This document shows, piece by piece, positions 1 through 7,445 of a stretch of 26,184 bases of DNA (position 1 is its first letter; each line of letters opens with the position of its first letter). Made by a program: the position numbers and the translations under genes. The notes beneath the pieces are model-generated. The model searched no databases. It saw nothing but the letters and a program-made list of their open reading frames with translations, and was not told the DNA's origin. This stretch comes from a virus (lineage: Duplodnaviria; Caudoviricetes), in the IMG/VR virus record IMGVR_UViG_3300042549_002286, positions 1 through 26,184 of that record; one strand, 5' to 3'.

Positions 1-464
1 TTTCCGTTAAGAAGAACATCTTCAATGTCATTACCTGCTTGTGTTGCCATCATGCGAGCAATGTGATCTTCTAGATCTGGACCTTCAATGTTGTCTTCTA
101 GAGACTCTGTTGAAAGCTCCCAGTCTAAGCGAAGCTTCTTTGTTGTAAGAGAGATCTTTGAGAATGTTACGGCACTGTTAGATGCTGTATCGTCTGCCTC
201 AGTAGCGAGCTTCATAAGCTTCTCGCCAACTCCGACGCGATCAATCTCGGTTGTGTCTGACTTCATGCGGACTGTGCGAGCTACCTTACCGATAACTGTT
301 GAGTCAAACATGTAGTCTAGGAATCGTGCAGATTGCTCTGGATTTAGTAGGCCACCCTTTGTGGTAGCACCAACGTGAATCCCTGTTCCTGAAAGGGAAC
401 CTGAGAAATCACCAGTATCGACTGTTCCAGCAGCGATTGTTTTTTCTAGTATTTCGTTACTCAT
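1..464 (-). CDS. Major capsid protein, HK97-fold (5' part; runs off window)
   Basis: Absent from ORF track because truncated. Hand translation from ATG 464: MSNEILEKTIAAGTVDTGDFSG...KGGLLNPEQSARFLDYMFDSTVIGKVARTVRMKSDTTEIDRVGVGEKLMKLATE...KLRLDWELSTESLEDNIEGPDLEDHIARMMATQAGNDIEDVLLNG, open to window edge. GGxLxP and E...LED...D.E...LNG pattern; directly after protease; AGGTAGGT RBS. Confidence 0.92.
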   Translation of the reverse strand, partial: MSNEILEKTIAAGTVDTGDFSGSLSGTGIHVGATTKGGLLNPEQSARFLDYMFDSTVIGKVARTVRMKSDTTEIDRVGVGEKLMKLATEADDTASNSAVTFSKISLTTKKLRLDWELSTESLEDNIEGPDLEDHIARMMATQAGNDIEDVLLNG

Positions 465-479
465 ATTTTTTTACCTACC

Positions 480-995
480 TTAGTTTGAGAAAATTTCATT
501 TACGGAACCGAGGAAAGAACCGTTCCATTTTGATTTTTTGATTGTTACTTCCTGAGACCCGCCAAGGTCTGAGGACTTCTTAATTGCAGTATCACCTTCG
601 ACTGCATCGACACGCTTTTCAACGCCATCAATTGTGTTCTTTATGTTTTCAACTGCTTTTGATAGTGCAGCGTGTTGTTCTGCCAACTCTGAAATTCGAG
701 TATCAACGCTCTTGCTGAAAGTTTCAACTGTTTCTGTAACAGCCTTAACCTGTGCAGCATTTGCATCAGTAGCCTTTGTTAGAGTTTCTGAGAAAAAGCC
801 CTTTAGATCGCCAAGCATCTTTGCAAAATCAGGTTCATCAACCATAACTTCTGATACGTCGGCTGCTTTTTCCAGAGTTTCGGCAGAAGCGTCCGCTACT
901 GCATCTTCTGCAGGAGCCGCTGTCTCTTCAACAGCTGGTGTTTCTTCAACAACAGGAGTTTCTTCAACAACTGTGTTTTCTGTGTTTTCTGACAC
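480..995 (-). CDS. Putative nested scaffolding protein from an internal in-frame GTG (171 aa)
   Basis: AAGGAGGT (1009-1002) lies 6 nt before an in-frame GTG at 995 (MSENTENTVVEETP...), exactly where the acidic region begins. Confidence 0.6.
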   Translation of the reverse strand: MSENTENTVVEETPVVEETPAVEETAAPAEDAVADASAETLEKAADVSEVMVDEPDFAKMLGDLKGFFSETLTKATDANAAQVKAVTETVETFSKSVDTRISELAEQHAALSKAVENIKNTIDGVEKRVDAVEGDTAIKKSSDLGGSQEVTIKKSKWNGSFLGSVNEIFSN

Positions 996-1784
996 TTCAT
1001 TACCTCCTTCTGCGTTTGCCTGTTTTGCAATTGTTTGTGTTTCAGGCAACGACAATCTTGATCTCTTATATGAATCAAGAATTTTATCTATCTCTTGTGA
1101 CTTGTTAACGTCTGCCGACTCAACCCATCCGATTAGTGTTGCTGGCTTACCAGTAACTGGAGAGTTATAAGCTGAATCTGTTGAGATAAAAACTGATTCG
1201 CTATCTTCGCAATAAAAAATATTTTCTGCAATTGTTTCTGCTGCAATGCCTTTAAACATTAGCTGACCATTCATCTTTGAAATAGAAAGGATATTGCATA
1301 ATTCATTTGCTGGTGAATCTACAATTGATAGCTCTAGCAATGCATAGTCTTTAATAAATCTTGTAGACTTACCTGTTGCTTTGTTAACTTCATTGTCTGA
1401 TTCAACAATCTTTCCGCCAATTGAGAAACCTGCAAGTGTTCCATCTAGAACTTTCTCCCAAGTATCTTGTGCGCCTTTTGAGATGTATGCATCTACATAA
1501 ACGCCATTATAAAATTCTTTTGTTGCTGGATCATAGTATGTCTCTGGCTTAAATGAAATCATTTTGCCTACTGCTGTAGGTCCATGCATTTCACGAATGT
1601 TTCCACGGAAGTTTTCAAAAGCCTTAAGGCTTGCTTCCATTGTTACAACGTCGCCTGTTTGATCTAAGTTATCAAGTGTTGCGAAACCTGATACTGTGCG
1701 CTTTTCACGATTTACTTTTGTGAACGGAACAGACAAAACGAGGTTGTCGCCGTTTGAAGACCATAAAGATTTCTCAATTTTCAT
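480..1784 (-). CDS. Prohead maturation protease (HK97/S78-like) fused to acidic scaffold-like C-terminus
   Basis: VSGFAT..LDQTGD, REMH (His), GFSIGG (Ser), ELSIVDSPAN motifs; C-terminal E/A-rich and coiled-coil region; lies between portal and capsid. Start moved from TTG 1820 to ATG 1784 because 1820-1792 is a promoter-like element. Confidence 0.88.
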   Translation of the reverse strand: MKIEKSLWSSNGDNLVLSVPFTKVNREKRTVSGFATLDNLDQTGDVVTMEASLKAFENFRGNIREMHGPTAVGKMISFKPETYYDPATKEFYNGVYVDAYISKGAQDTWEKVLDGTLAGFSIGGKIVESDNEVNKATGKSTRFIKDYALLELSIVDSPANELCNILSISKMNGQLMFKGIAAETIAENIFYCEDSESVFISTDSAYNSPVTGKPATLIGWVESADVNKSQEIDKILDSYKRSRLSLPETQTIAKQANAEGGNEVSENTENTVVEETPVVEETPAVEETAAPAEDAVADASAETLEKAADVSEVMVDEPDFAKMLGDLKGFFSETLTKATDANAAQVKAVTETVETFSKSVDTRISELAEQHAALSKAVENIKNTIDGVEKRVDAVEGDTAIKKSSDLGGSQEVTIKKSKWNGSFLGSVNEIFSN

Positions 1785-1791
1785 ATGTTTA

Positions 1792-1820
1792 ATTTTATCG
1801 ACTTGTATATAAAAAGGCAA
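1792..1820 (-). promoter_or_regulatory. Sigma70/SigA-type promoter, probably leaderless transcript
   Basis: TTGCCT-17 nt-TAAAAT-7 nt-ATG(1784); no Shine-Dalgarno. Confidence 0.7.
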
Positions 1821-1837
1821 ATAATGGTTGAGTAGGG

Positions 1838-3418
1838 TTACTCAACTTGTCTGCCATCGCCTTGAGCATTACGGCCTTCACCAGAACCATCTGGCGAATT
1901 ACTTTGTCTATTTTGATCTCTTAATCTATTACCATTTGCCTGAGTCCTAATTTCTGACTGTTGCTGTGGCTTTAATTCAACCACATTATCTCCGCCATCA
2001 ATTGGAACCATGCCCTTTCGAATACGAACTTCGTTAGGAGTAATGACCTGCATTCTTAAATAGCGCTCATCAATCTTAGACTGAGTATCCTCATCTGTAA
2101 GAGTCAATTCATTGAATTTAAGGGTTAGGGCATCAGTCATCTCAGAGATCATTTTATTCAATTTCTTCTCAAGAATATCCTGAGCTGGACGACAAACTTG
2201 CTCTCTAAATGTCTTATCTGCATCACGGGCTGCCGCTAAATTAATTCCTTCTGGCGTTCCAATTTTATTAATTGGGACACGGTGAGAAAGAAGAATTTCA
2301 TCACGATTAGATCTACGATATGTATTAAATGATGAATCCTGGACTCCAGCCTCAACTGGCTCCATTTTAAATTCAACTTTATTATCTGGGGTATCAGCAG
2401 GAAGTGGAACATACAGGGATCTATGGTTTTTGCCCTTTAGCCCAACCTGGAAAAATTCAAGCAACTTACGTTCTGATTCAGGTGATAATTTAGCACCCTT
2501 AACTGTAATAATATATCTTGGGACCGCCTTATTTTCAAAGTAGTCTAGGTTATATTTTCCAGCAAATTCATTACCAGCCATTGCGTTTTGTGCCGCAACA
2601 ATATCTGGAATTCCATAATAGTTATTCATTGGAGTATACTTCTTAAAATGAATAATTTCGTTTGGACGATCTTCTCCGCCTGAAATAGGGTTAGGAGTTT
2701 CTTGATCTCCAAAGTTACGGAAGAAGACAGCCTTACCGTAAAGCAATTGAATAAAGCCATCACGCAATCTACGAACTCTCATTGTCTTTGCTGGGATATG
2801 CCCAATATAACCAATCTTACCAGCAGATGTTCTGCCAACTTCAAGGTATCCATTTCCAGTTGCCTCTACATCAGTGTAGAATTTAATCAATGTTTCTTTA
2901 AATGTTTCTTCTTCGTTACAATCTTCAAGCCAGTCATGTAAATCTTGGCGCAATCTATTTAGCTTTTTACGTGCTCTTTCTAATTGAGCGTCGCTATTAA
3001 TAGCATCGATTGCCTCATTTGTTTTACGTGTTTCAACAAAGTCAAATCCTAAACCTACAATGTTTGAAACTTTAGCATTAATGGCTGCATAGTTATATGG
3101 GGAGATTTCATAAATACGTGAAAGGTATTCTAAATTATATGTTGGCTGAACAAGGTCAAACATGGCATAGCCAGTAATGGCTTGCTGCAATAAATTCTGT
3201 TGTGTCTGTGCGCCGTCAATACCTACAAAACGCTTTTGAAGTTCTCTTGATACTTTACGGCGGAAAGAAGTTCCCATTCCATAAATCTTAAGGATGTCAT
3301 CATTTTCTACATTAAACTCATCTACTGATTTAGTTACAGGAACATTTGGAATCCAAAGGTCTGATGAATTACTTACTCTAATATCTGATTCTACGTCGTG
3401 ATCTTCTACATGTTCCAT
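1838..3418 (-). CDS. Portal protein
   Basis: 526 aa; TGNGYLEV, EIIHFK...YYGIP, YFENKAVP, EILLSHRVP...IG and ITPNEVR..KG..PI.GGD motifs of HK97/PBSX-like portals; directly upstream of protease. Confidence 0.93.
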   Translation of the reverse strand: MEHVEDHDVESDIRVSNSSDLWIPNVPVTKSVDEFNVENDDILKIYGMGTSFRRKVSRELQKRFVGIDGAQTQQNLLQQAITGYAMFDLVQPTYNLEYLSRIYEISPYNYAAINAKVSNIVGLGFDFVETRKTNEAIDAINSDAQLERARKKLNRLRQDLHDWLEDCNEEETFKETLIKFYTDVEATGNGYLEVGRTSAGKIGYIGHIPAKTMRVRRLRDGFIQLLYGKAVFFRNFGDQETPNPISGGEDRPNEIIHFKKYTPMNNYYGIPDIVAAQNAMAGNEFAGKYNLDYFENKAVPRYIITVKGAKLSPESERKLLEFFQVGLKGKNHRSLYVPLPADTPDNKVEFKMEPVEAGVQDSSFNTYRRSNRDEILLSHRVPINKIGTPEGINLAAARDADKTFREQVCRPAQDILEKKLNKMISEMTDALTLKFNELTLTDEDTQSKIDERYLRMQVITPNEVRIRKGMVPIDGGDNVVELKPQQQSEIRTQANGNRLRDQNRQSNSPDGSGEGRNAQGDGRQVE

Positions 3419-3759
3419 TATGGTCTCCCGCTTAATTTCTTCATTTCATCTTTGTATGCGCCGATATCTAGCGGATCTGGTGTGAGTCCCCATTTTAATC
3501 TCTGTTGCTGGTATTCAAATTCTTCGTCATCAATTTTTCTACGACCTGATAAAAATTTTGGTTGGCCATCTGTTACACCATAGCCTCTTACGGCATCTGC
3601 TAGTAAATCAATTCTGCCTTTATTGTTTTTCTTTGATGTAATAGATAAAAAGTTGCCATCGTCATCGCCTACCCAGCGACCATCTGGCATCTCCCAGACA
3701 TAAATTCCAAGGGTAGATTCTTCGTCGTTGACCTGATAATTAGTTCTCTTGATATCCAT
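3418..3759 (-). CDS. Hypothetical protein coupled to portal
   Basis: 113 aa; TAATG overlap with portal start; own promoter-like element upstream. Confidence 0.8.
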   Translation of the reverse strand: MDIKRTNYQVNDEESTLGIYVWEMPDGRWVGDDDGNFLSITSKKNNKGRIDLLADAVRGYGVTDGQPKFLSGRRKIDDEEFEYQQQRLKWGLTPDPLDIGAYKDEMKKLSGRP

Positions 3760-3767
3760 AGAACTTT

Positions 3768-3796
3768 ATTTTACCACTCCCAATAGCCTAAGTCCA
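3768..3796 (-). promoter_or_regulatory. Promoter with extended -10, probably leaderless or near-leaderless
   Basis: TGGACT-17 nt-TAAAAT (TGGTAAAAT)-8 nt-ATG(3759); no SD between -10 and ATG. Confidence 0.6.
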
Positions 3797-3799
3797 GCT

Positions 3800-3822
3800 T
3801 TTTGTCACAAAGATTGACAAAA
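3800..3822. repeat. Perfect 8-bp inverted repeat TTTTGTCA-N7-TGACAAAA
   Basis: Read directly; sits between the LamG stop codon (3823) and the -35 of the portal operon. Confidence 0.6.
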
Positions 3823-5586
3823 TTATATATTTTTAATGACAGTCCAGTCATTATCATATATGGAAACGCCATCTTCTGTCACTGAGAATGACGAATCATC
3901 TGAAACTAACGATGCTTTTTCAATATATAGGTTATAGTGATCTAAGGCATTTGCTGAGTCAAACTGCCCAGGATAAATAGATATGTTTTGATATAAGGCT
4001 GAAGGGCTTCCAGATGAGGTATAGTTGAAAGTAATATCTCCACTAATTTCAGATGTGTAGACTATTACAACATGATGTAATTCTCCTACCTCAAATAGAC
4101 CAGATACGTTAGTCTGAGATGTCTTGCTTACCCCGTTTACATATATTGCTGAAATGTTTGTTTTGCTAATTACCCCGCTTGAGTTCCAAGAAAACTCTGA
4201 TGCTGCTCCAGCTCCAGAAGCGCTTGAGGCTAATCTGCCCACAGTTAAAGCGACGGGAGTATAGAAAAACTCTAGAGTTTTAATTAAACTATTAGTGTTT
4301 ACTTTAAATCCCGAATTAGTAGCAACTCTAAGACCATTTCTATGATCTCTAGATAAGATAGGGTAATTATTGTTACTCATAGAAATATCATATACTGAGA
4401 CACCTGAAGTTCCTTCGAGTGTGGACATATAGCTACCAGAGGTAGATGAATAAAATCTAAGGTCATTGTAAAATGTTAATAATAAATTAGATAGTTTTGG
4501 AAGATACTTGCTAGCATCAGATGAAGTAAATGTTATCCTTAAATAAAGATTTCTATCTGTGCTAAAACTAGATATACTATACCCTGGAATTACTCCGCCA
4601 TTTGTGCAAGTTGTATAGGTTGTGCCATCTAGACTAGTTTGTATAGATACCCCGTTATCGCCGTCCCACTCTATCTTAGACGAGTCTAGAGTGAATCCTA
4701 GGGGTATTGTGAGGAAGTCATCAAGAACTACCGTCTTAGAGCCTGTGGAGACCGCCAACTCAATTGAGTCATCGTTCTTATTATAATAAAGATCATCAGA
4801 TAAAAAGTATGACCAAGGCTTGTTTGCTGGATAAGCGTATGAATATTGCTTGCTCAATGTATTATCATAAAACTCAAATAGTTCGCCTTGCTCTGGATAT
4901 GAAATTTGAATTGCTGGAAGAGGCTGGATTTCATTGTAGTGGCTTTTAATCTTTTCAGGACTTAAAGAATATCTATAAACAGCTGGAGCATCAATTAAAA
5001 ATGAATCTGATGAGTTTAAGGTTGGCCCAATATTTAGCTGAAATGTTGAGTTTGTAAATCTAAATAAAGATAAATCTTTTGAAACAACCAATTCTCCATC
5101 TACATATAAATACATTGCTGATACTGAATATACAGCTACGAGATGTAGAGACTTTCTTGTATATGGGACAGTATAGTCAATTCTTTCTGTATTTAATTTA
5201 AATACGATATTTCCCTTATCCCAAAAGATTCCGATACCCTGTGTTGAATCCGCCAATAATGGAGTTAGATTGTTTGTTGAGAATCTAGGATGAATCCATG
5301 CTTCTAGTGTAAAATCATTATCTGAGGTATCACTATCTGCTAATCCGCCGCTTGCTGTTGATCCATAATAATCTTTTGAAACGGGAAGAACTAAATATTG
5401 AGTTGTTGTAATCTTTGATGAAGATGTTCCGCCAGGGATTAAAGGTATTAAATTTGTAGTTAAAGATCCAGTATACGTTCCATTATTACCGCACCCAGAA
5501 ATATCTGAGGCGGTAGTCCCAGAGGTTTCATCCAACGGCCAGAAGCCAATCGGATGATCCTGAATTACCTTTAACTGATACGACAT
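3823..5586 (-). CDS. Virion structural protein with N-terminal LamG/concanavalin A-like domain
   Basis: PIGFWPLDETSGTTASDISG.GNNGTY, DFTLEAWI, HLVAVY, LYVDG, IDAPAVYRYSLS..I..HY; second LamG-like remnant at the C-terminus (HHVVIVY). Start moved to ATG 5586 (MSYQLKV) to avoid overlap with the upstream gene. Confidence 0.82.
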   Translation of the reverse strand: MSYQLKVIQDHPIGFWPLDETSGTTASDISGCGNNGTYTGSLTTNLIPLIPGGTSSSKITTTQYLVLPVSKDYYGSTASGGLADSDTSDNDFTLEAWIHPRFSTNNLTPLLADSTQGIGIFWDKGNIVFKLNTERIDYTVPYTRKSLHLVAVYSVSAMYLYVDGELVVSKDLSLFRFTNSTFQLNIGPTLNSSDSFLIDAPAVYRYSLSPEKIKSHYNEIQPLPAIQISYPEQGELFEFYDNTLSKQYSYAYPANKPWSYFLSDDLYYNKNDDSIELAVSTGSKTVVLDDFLTIPLGFTLDSSKIEWDGDNGVSIQTSLDGTTYTTCTNGGVIPGYSISSFSTDRNLYLRITFTSSDASKYLPKLSNLLLTFYNDLRFYSSTSGSYMSTLEGTSGVSVYDISMSNNNYPILSRDHRNGLRVATNSGFKVNTNSLIKTLEFFYTPVALTVGRLASSASGAGAASEFSWNSSGVISKTNISAIYVNGVSKTSQTNVSGLFEVGELHHVVIVYTSEISGDITFNYTSSGSPSALYQNISIYPGQFDSANALDHYNLYIEKASLVSDDSSFSVTEDGVSIYDNDWTVIKNI

Positions 5587-5592
5587 TCTTTT

Positions 5593-5600
5593 ATTATACC
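5593..5600 (-). promoter_or_regulatory. Possible -10 box for a leaderless LamG transcript
   Basis: GGTATAAT-6 nt-ATG(5586); no convincing -35; overlaps the upstream stop codon. Confidence 0.4.
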
Positions 5601-5797
5601 CTACCCCATTGTATATAGTTCCATCCACGCTCATGTGCGTAGTAAATAAACACTTTAACTACAGTTTCCCAAAATGCAATCGTCACAGAAAGAGAAGCAT
5701 TTTGTGTTATTACATAGGCAACGGCAACTGATGATAGGGTGCCCCAAATTCTATAGCTAAGGGCTTTTGCAAACGATCTGGATTTAGTTACTTTCAT
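5594..5797 (-). CDS. DUF2061-like small membrane protein
   Basis: RS..KA.SYR..GT.....AY..T......IA..E...K...YY.HER.W..I.WG signature; two hydrophobic segments; GGAG 8 nt before ATG 5797. Confidence 0.8.
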   Translation of the reverse strand: MKVTKSRSFAKALSYRIWGTLSSVAVAYVITQNASLSVTIAFWETVVKVFIYYAHERGWNYIQWGRV

Positions 5798-5886
5798 GAA
5801 GGCCACTCCATATTATTGGGCTTGGTAATCCAGCCCCAAAACTTAGATGCCCATTTCTTTACGTTTTTGCGTAGCCGATATAGCAT
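5794..5886 (-). CDS. Possible 30-aa overlapping peptide MLYRLRKNVKKWASKFWGWITKPNNMEWPS
   Basis: Hand-translated; starts inside the cysC 3' end and its TGA overlaps the DUF2061 ATG (ATGA). Confidence 0.3.
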   Translation of the reverse strand: MLYRLRKNVKKWASKFWGWITKPNNMEWPS

Positions 5887-6601
5887 GAATCTCTGCCCCC
5901 AAATCTACTTGCTCAATCTTATATCCGACATCTCTGCCATATACAATGTTAGTAATGTTAGGCAATCTTAATACTAATGCCCCATCCATAAATTCGTCTT
6001 TGGCTATATATTCTTTTACCTGATCGAACTTAAGAGGATCTTTCTCACTTGTGTTATATGTATTACGGACTCCAAGAAGAACTTGATCGGTTCTCTTTCC
6101 CGCCTCTTTATATAATGCGTGATGTCCTTCATGCCATGGTTGATATCTCCCAAGCATTAATGTTGTTGGGGCAGACCAATCATGAAGATCAAACTCTTCA
6201 ATAATAACAGAAGCTTTATCATTTGGATCTAAGTTGTGATTTAAGAAAGACCAATCATATTCGGTTGGCACCTCAAACATCTTATTTGTATCCTCAAATC
6301 TTCCCTCTGCCAATGTGTCCATAAAGATTAAAACATCTGGTTTGCCAAATGCTGCACGAGTTAGGTTTGTAGGACAAATGAAATCTACAATTACTGTATG
6401 TCCTTGTCCATCTAGCATTCGTGCCATTTCGCCTAAACGACGAGCATGCTCAATTCTATCTTCAATAGTAAATCCTAGATCAGAGTTAATTGTTGCACGA
6501 ACATAATCTGCATTTAAATGAATTGCATTGATTCGTTCTTTAAGGGCGGTAGCCAAAGTTGTCTTCCCGCTTCCAGGTAGACCTATAATTTGTATAATCA
6601 T
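5843..6601 (-). CDS. cysC: Adenylylsulfate (APS) kinase fused to HxGH nucleotidyltransferase; candidate bifunctional PAPS synthase
   Basis: N-terminus: GLPGSGKTT P-loop, LNAD.VR..INSDLGF..EDR.E..RR.GE.A, VIVDFICP, FEVP (CysC pattern). C-terminus: LGRYQPWHEGH, YGRD, ISATQKR (HxGH/cytidylyltransferase-like superfamily). Confidence 0.85.
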   Translation of the reverse strand: MIIQIIGLPGSGKTTLATALKERINAIHLNADYVRATINSDLGFTIEDRIEHARRLGEMARMLDGQGHTVIVDFICPTNLTRAAFGKPDVLIFMDTLAEGRFEDTNKMFEVPTEYDWSFLNHNLDPNDKASVIIEEFDLHDWSAPTTLMLGRYQPWHEGHHALYKEAGKRTDQVLLGVRNTYNTSEKDPLKFDQVKEYIAKDEFMDGALVLRLPNITNIVYGRDVGYKIEQVDLGAEIHAISATQKRKEMGI

Positions 6602-6602
6602 T

Positions 6603-7445
6603 TTAGCCTATTATTTCGTTATAAATTGCTGTAGCTTTTTGAATTATTTCCGCTACATCTGTATCAGATAAATCTACCTGAAATAAATCTCTTTCTTCTG
6701 ATGGCAGGTTCCCTGCCCAATTTTCAGCAAGCATCAATGCCTTTACTTCTTCAAGGTCAAATGAGGTTGGCTTTATATCAATTTCCGCTGAGACTTTTGC
6801 TAACGTTATTTCTAGGTTTGTTGTTAGTTCATCAAAAGTAATTACTGTAACTTTATTCTTGTATTCTTTAAGAATTTTAAACCAGTTAAGATTTTTCTGT
6901 GCCAAGCTTAATAAATCTGTTTTGTCTGGTGATTGATTATATAGCTCACACCAACTTCTAATTGAATCTGACGGATTTCTTATTACAATGACTACAGAAT
7001 TAAAAATTTCTGGACCAAGGATAAAGCTTTCTTTTGTATGCATATCTGTATATCCAACTTTTCTATAAACTGTTGGGAAAGCAGCATTCATCACATACGC
7101 ACAAAATATCGTTCCGCTTCTTGGAAAACCATCAATTAATAATGACGCATTATTTAATGGAACATCTTCATCCATCTGAGATGTAAGCCAAGAATTTGCT
7201 TGGTATACAGACATAAAAATATTTTTTTCAGGATCATAAATATATCCTTCTCCCGCAAAATTTCCTCTAAATGAGTTATTATAAGAAGTTTGTATCCAAT
7301 TAGTTTCTTGTCCAAATAGGGATTTGCAATAATTTATTCCAACCAGTTCATCTTCTCCGCCTAATCCATCGGATAATTTATCATTATCTAATGCAATAAC
7401 TCTTATCACACGATTATTATTATCTAGTTCTGCAAAATGTGCCAT
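6603..7445 (-). CDS. Fusion of 'MAHFAELD' fibre-partner domain and P-loop sulfotransferase domain
   Basis: Residues 1-80 match paralogs at 10668 and 17285 (MAHFAE.D.NN.V...W..TSYN...R.N.A..G..YD...F). Then LIDGFPRSGT (5'-PSB loop) and IVIRNPSDSIRS (3'-PB motif), plus FDELT. Confidence 0.8.
   Translation of the reverse strand: MAHFAELDNNNRVIRVIALDNDKLSDGLGGEDELVGINYCKSLFGQETNWIQTSYNNSFRGNFAGEGYIYDPEKNIFMSVYQANSWLTSQMDEDVPLNNASLLIDGFPRSGTIFCAYVMNAAFPTVYRKVGYTDMHTKESFILGPEIFNSVVIVIRNPSDSIRSWCELYNQSPDKTDLLSLAQKNLNWFKILKEYKNKVTVITFDELTTNLEITLAKVSAEIDIKPTSFDLEEVKALMLAENWAGNLPSEERDLFQVDLSDTDVAEIIQKATAIYNEIIG

Noticed and set aside
5843-6601. cysC as part of assimilatory sulfate reduction
   Set aside because: No PAPS reductase, sulfite reductase or cysteine synthase nearby, while sulfotransferases are adjacent. 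Such genes elsewhere in the genome cannot be excluded.
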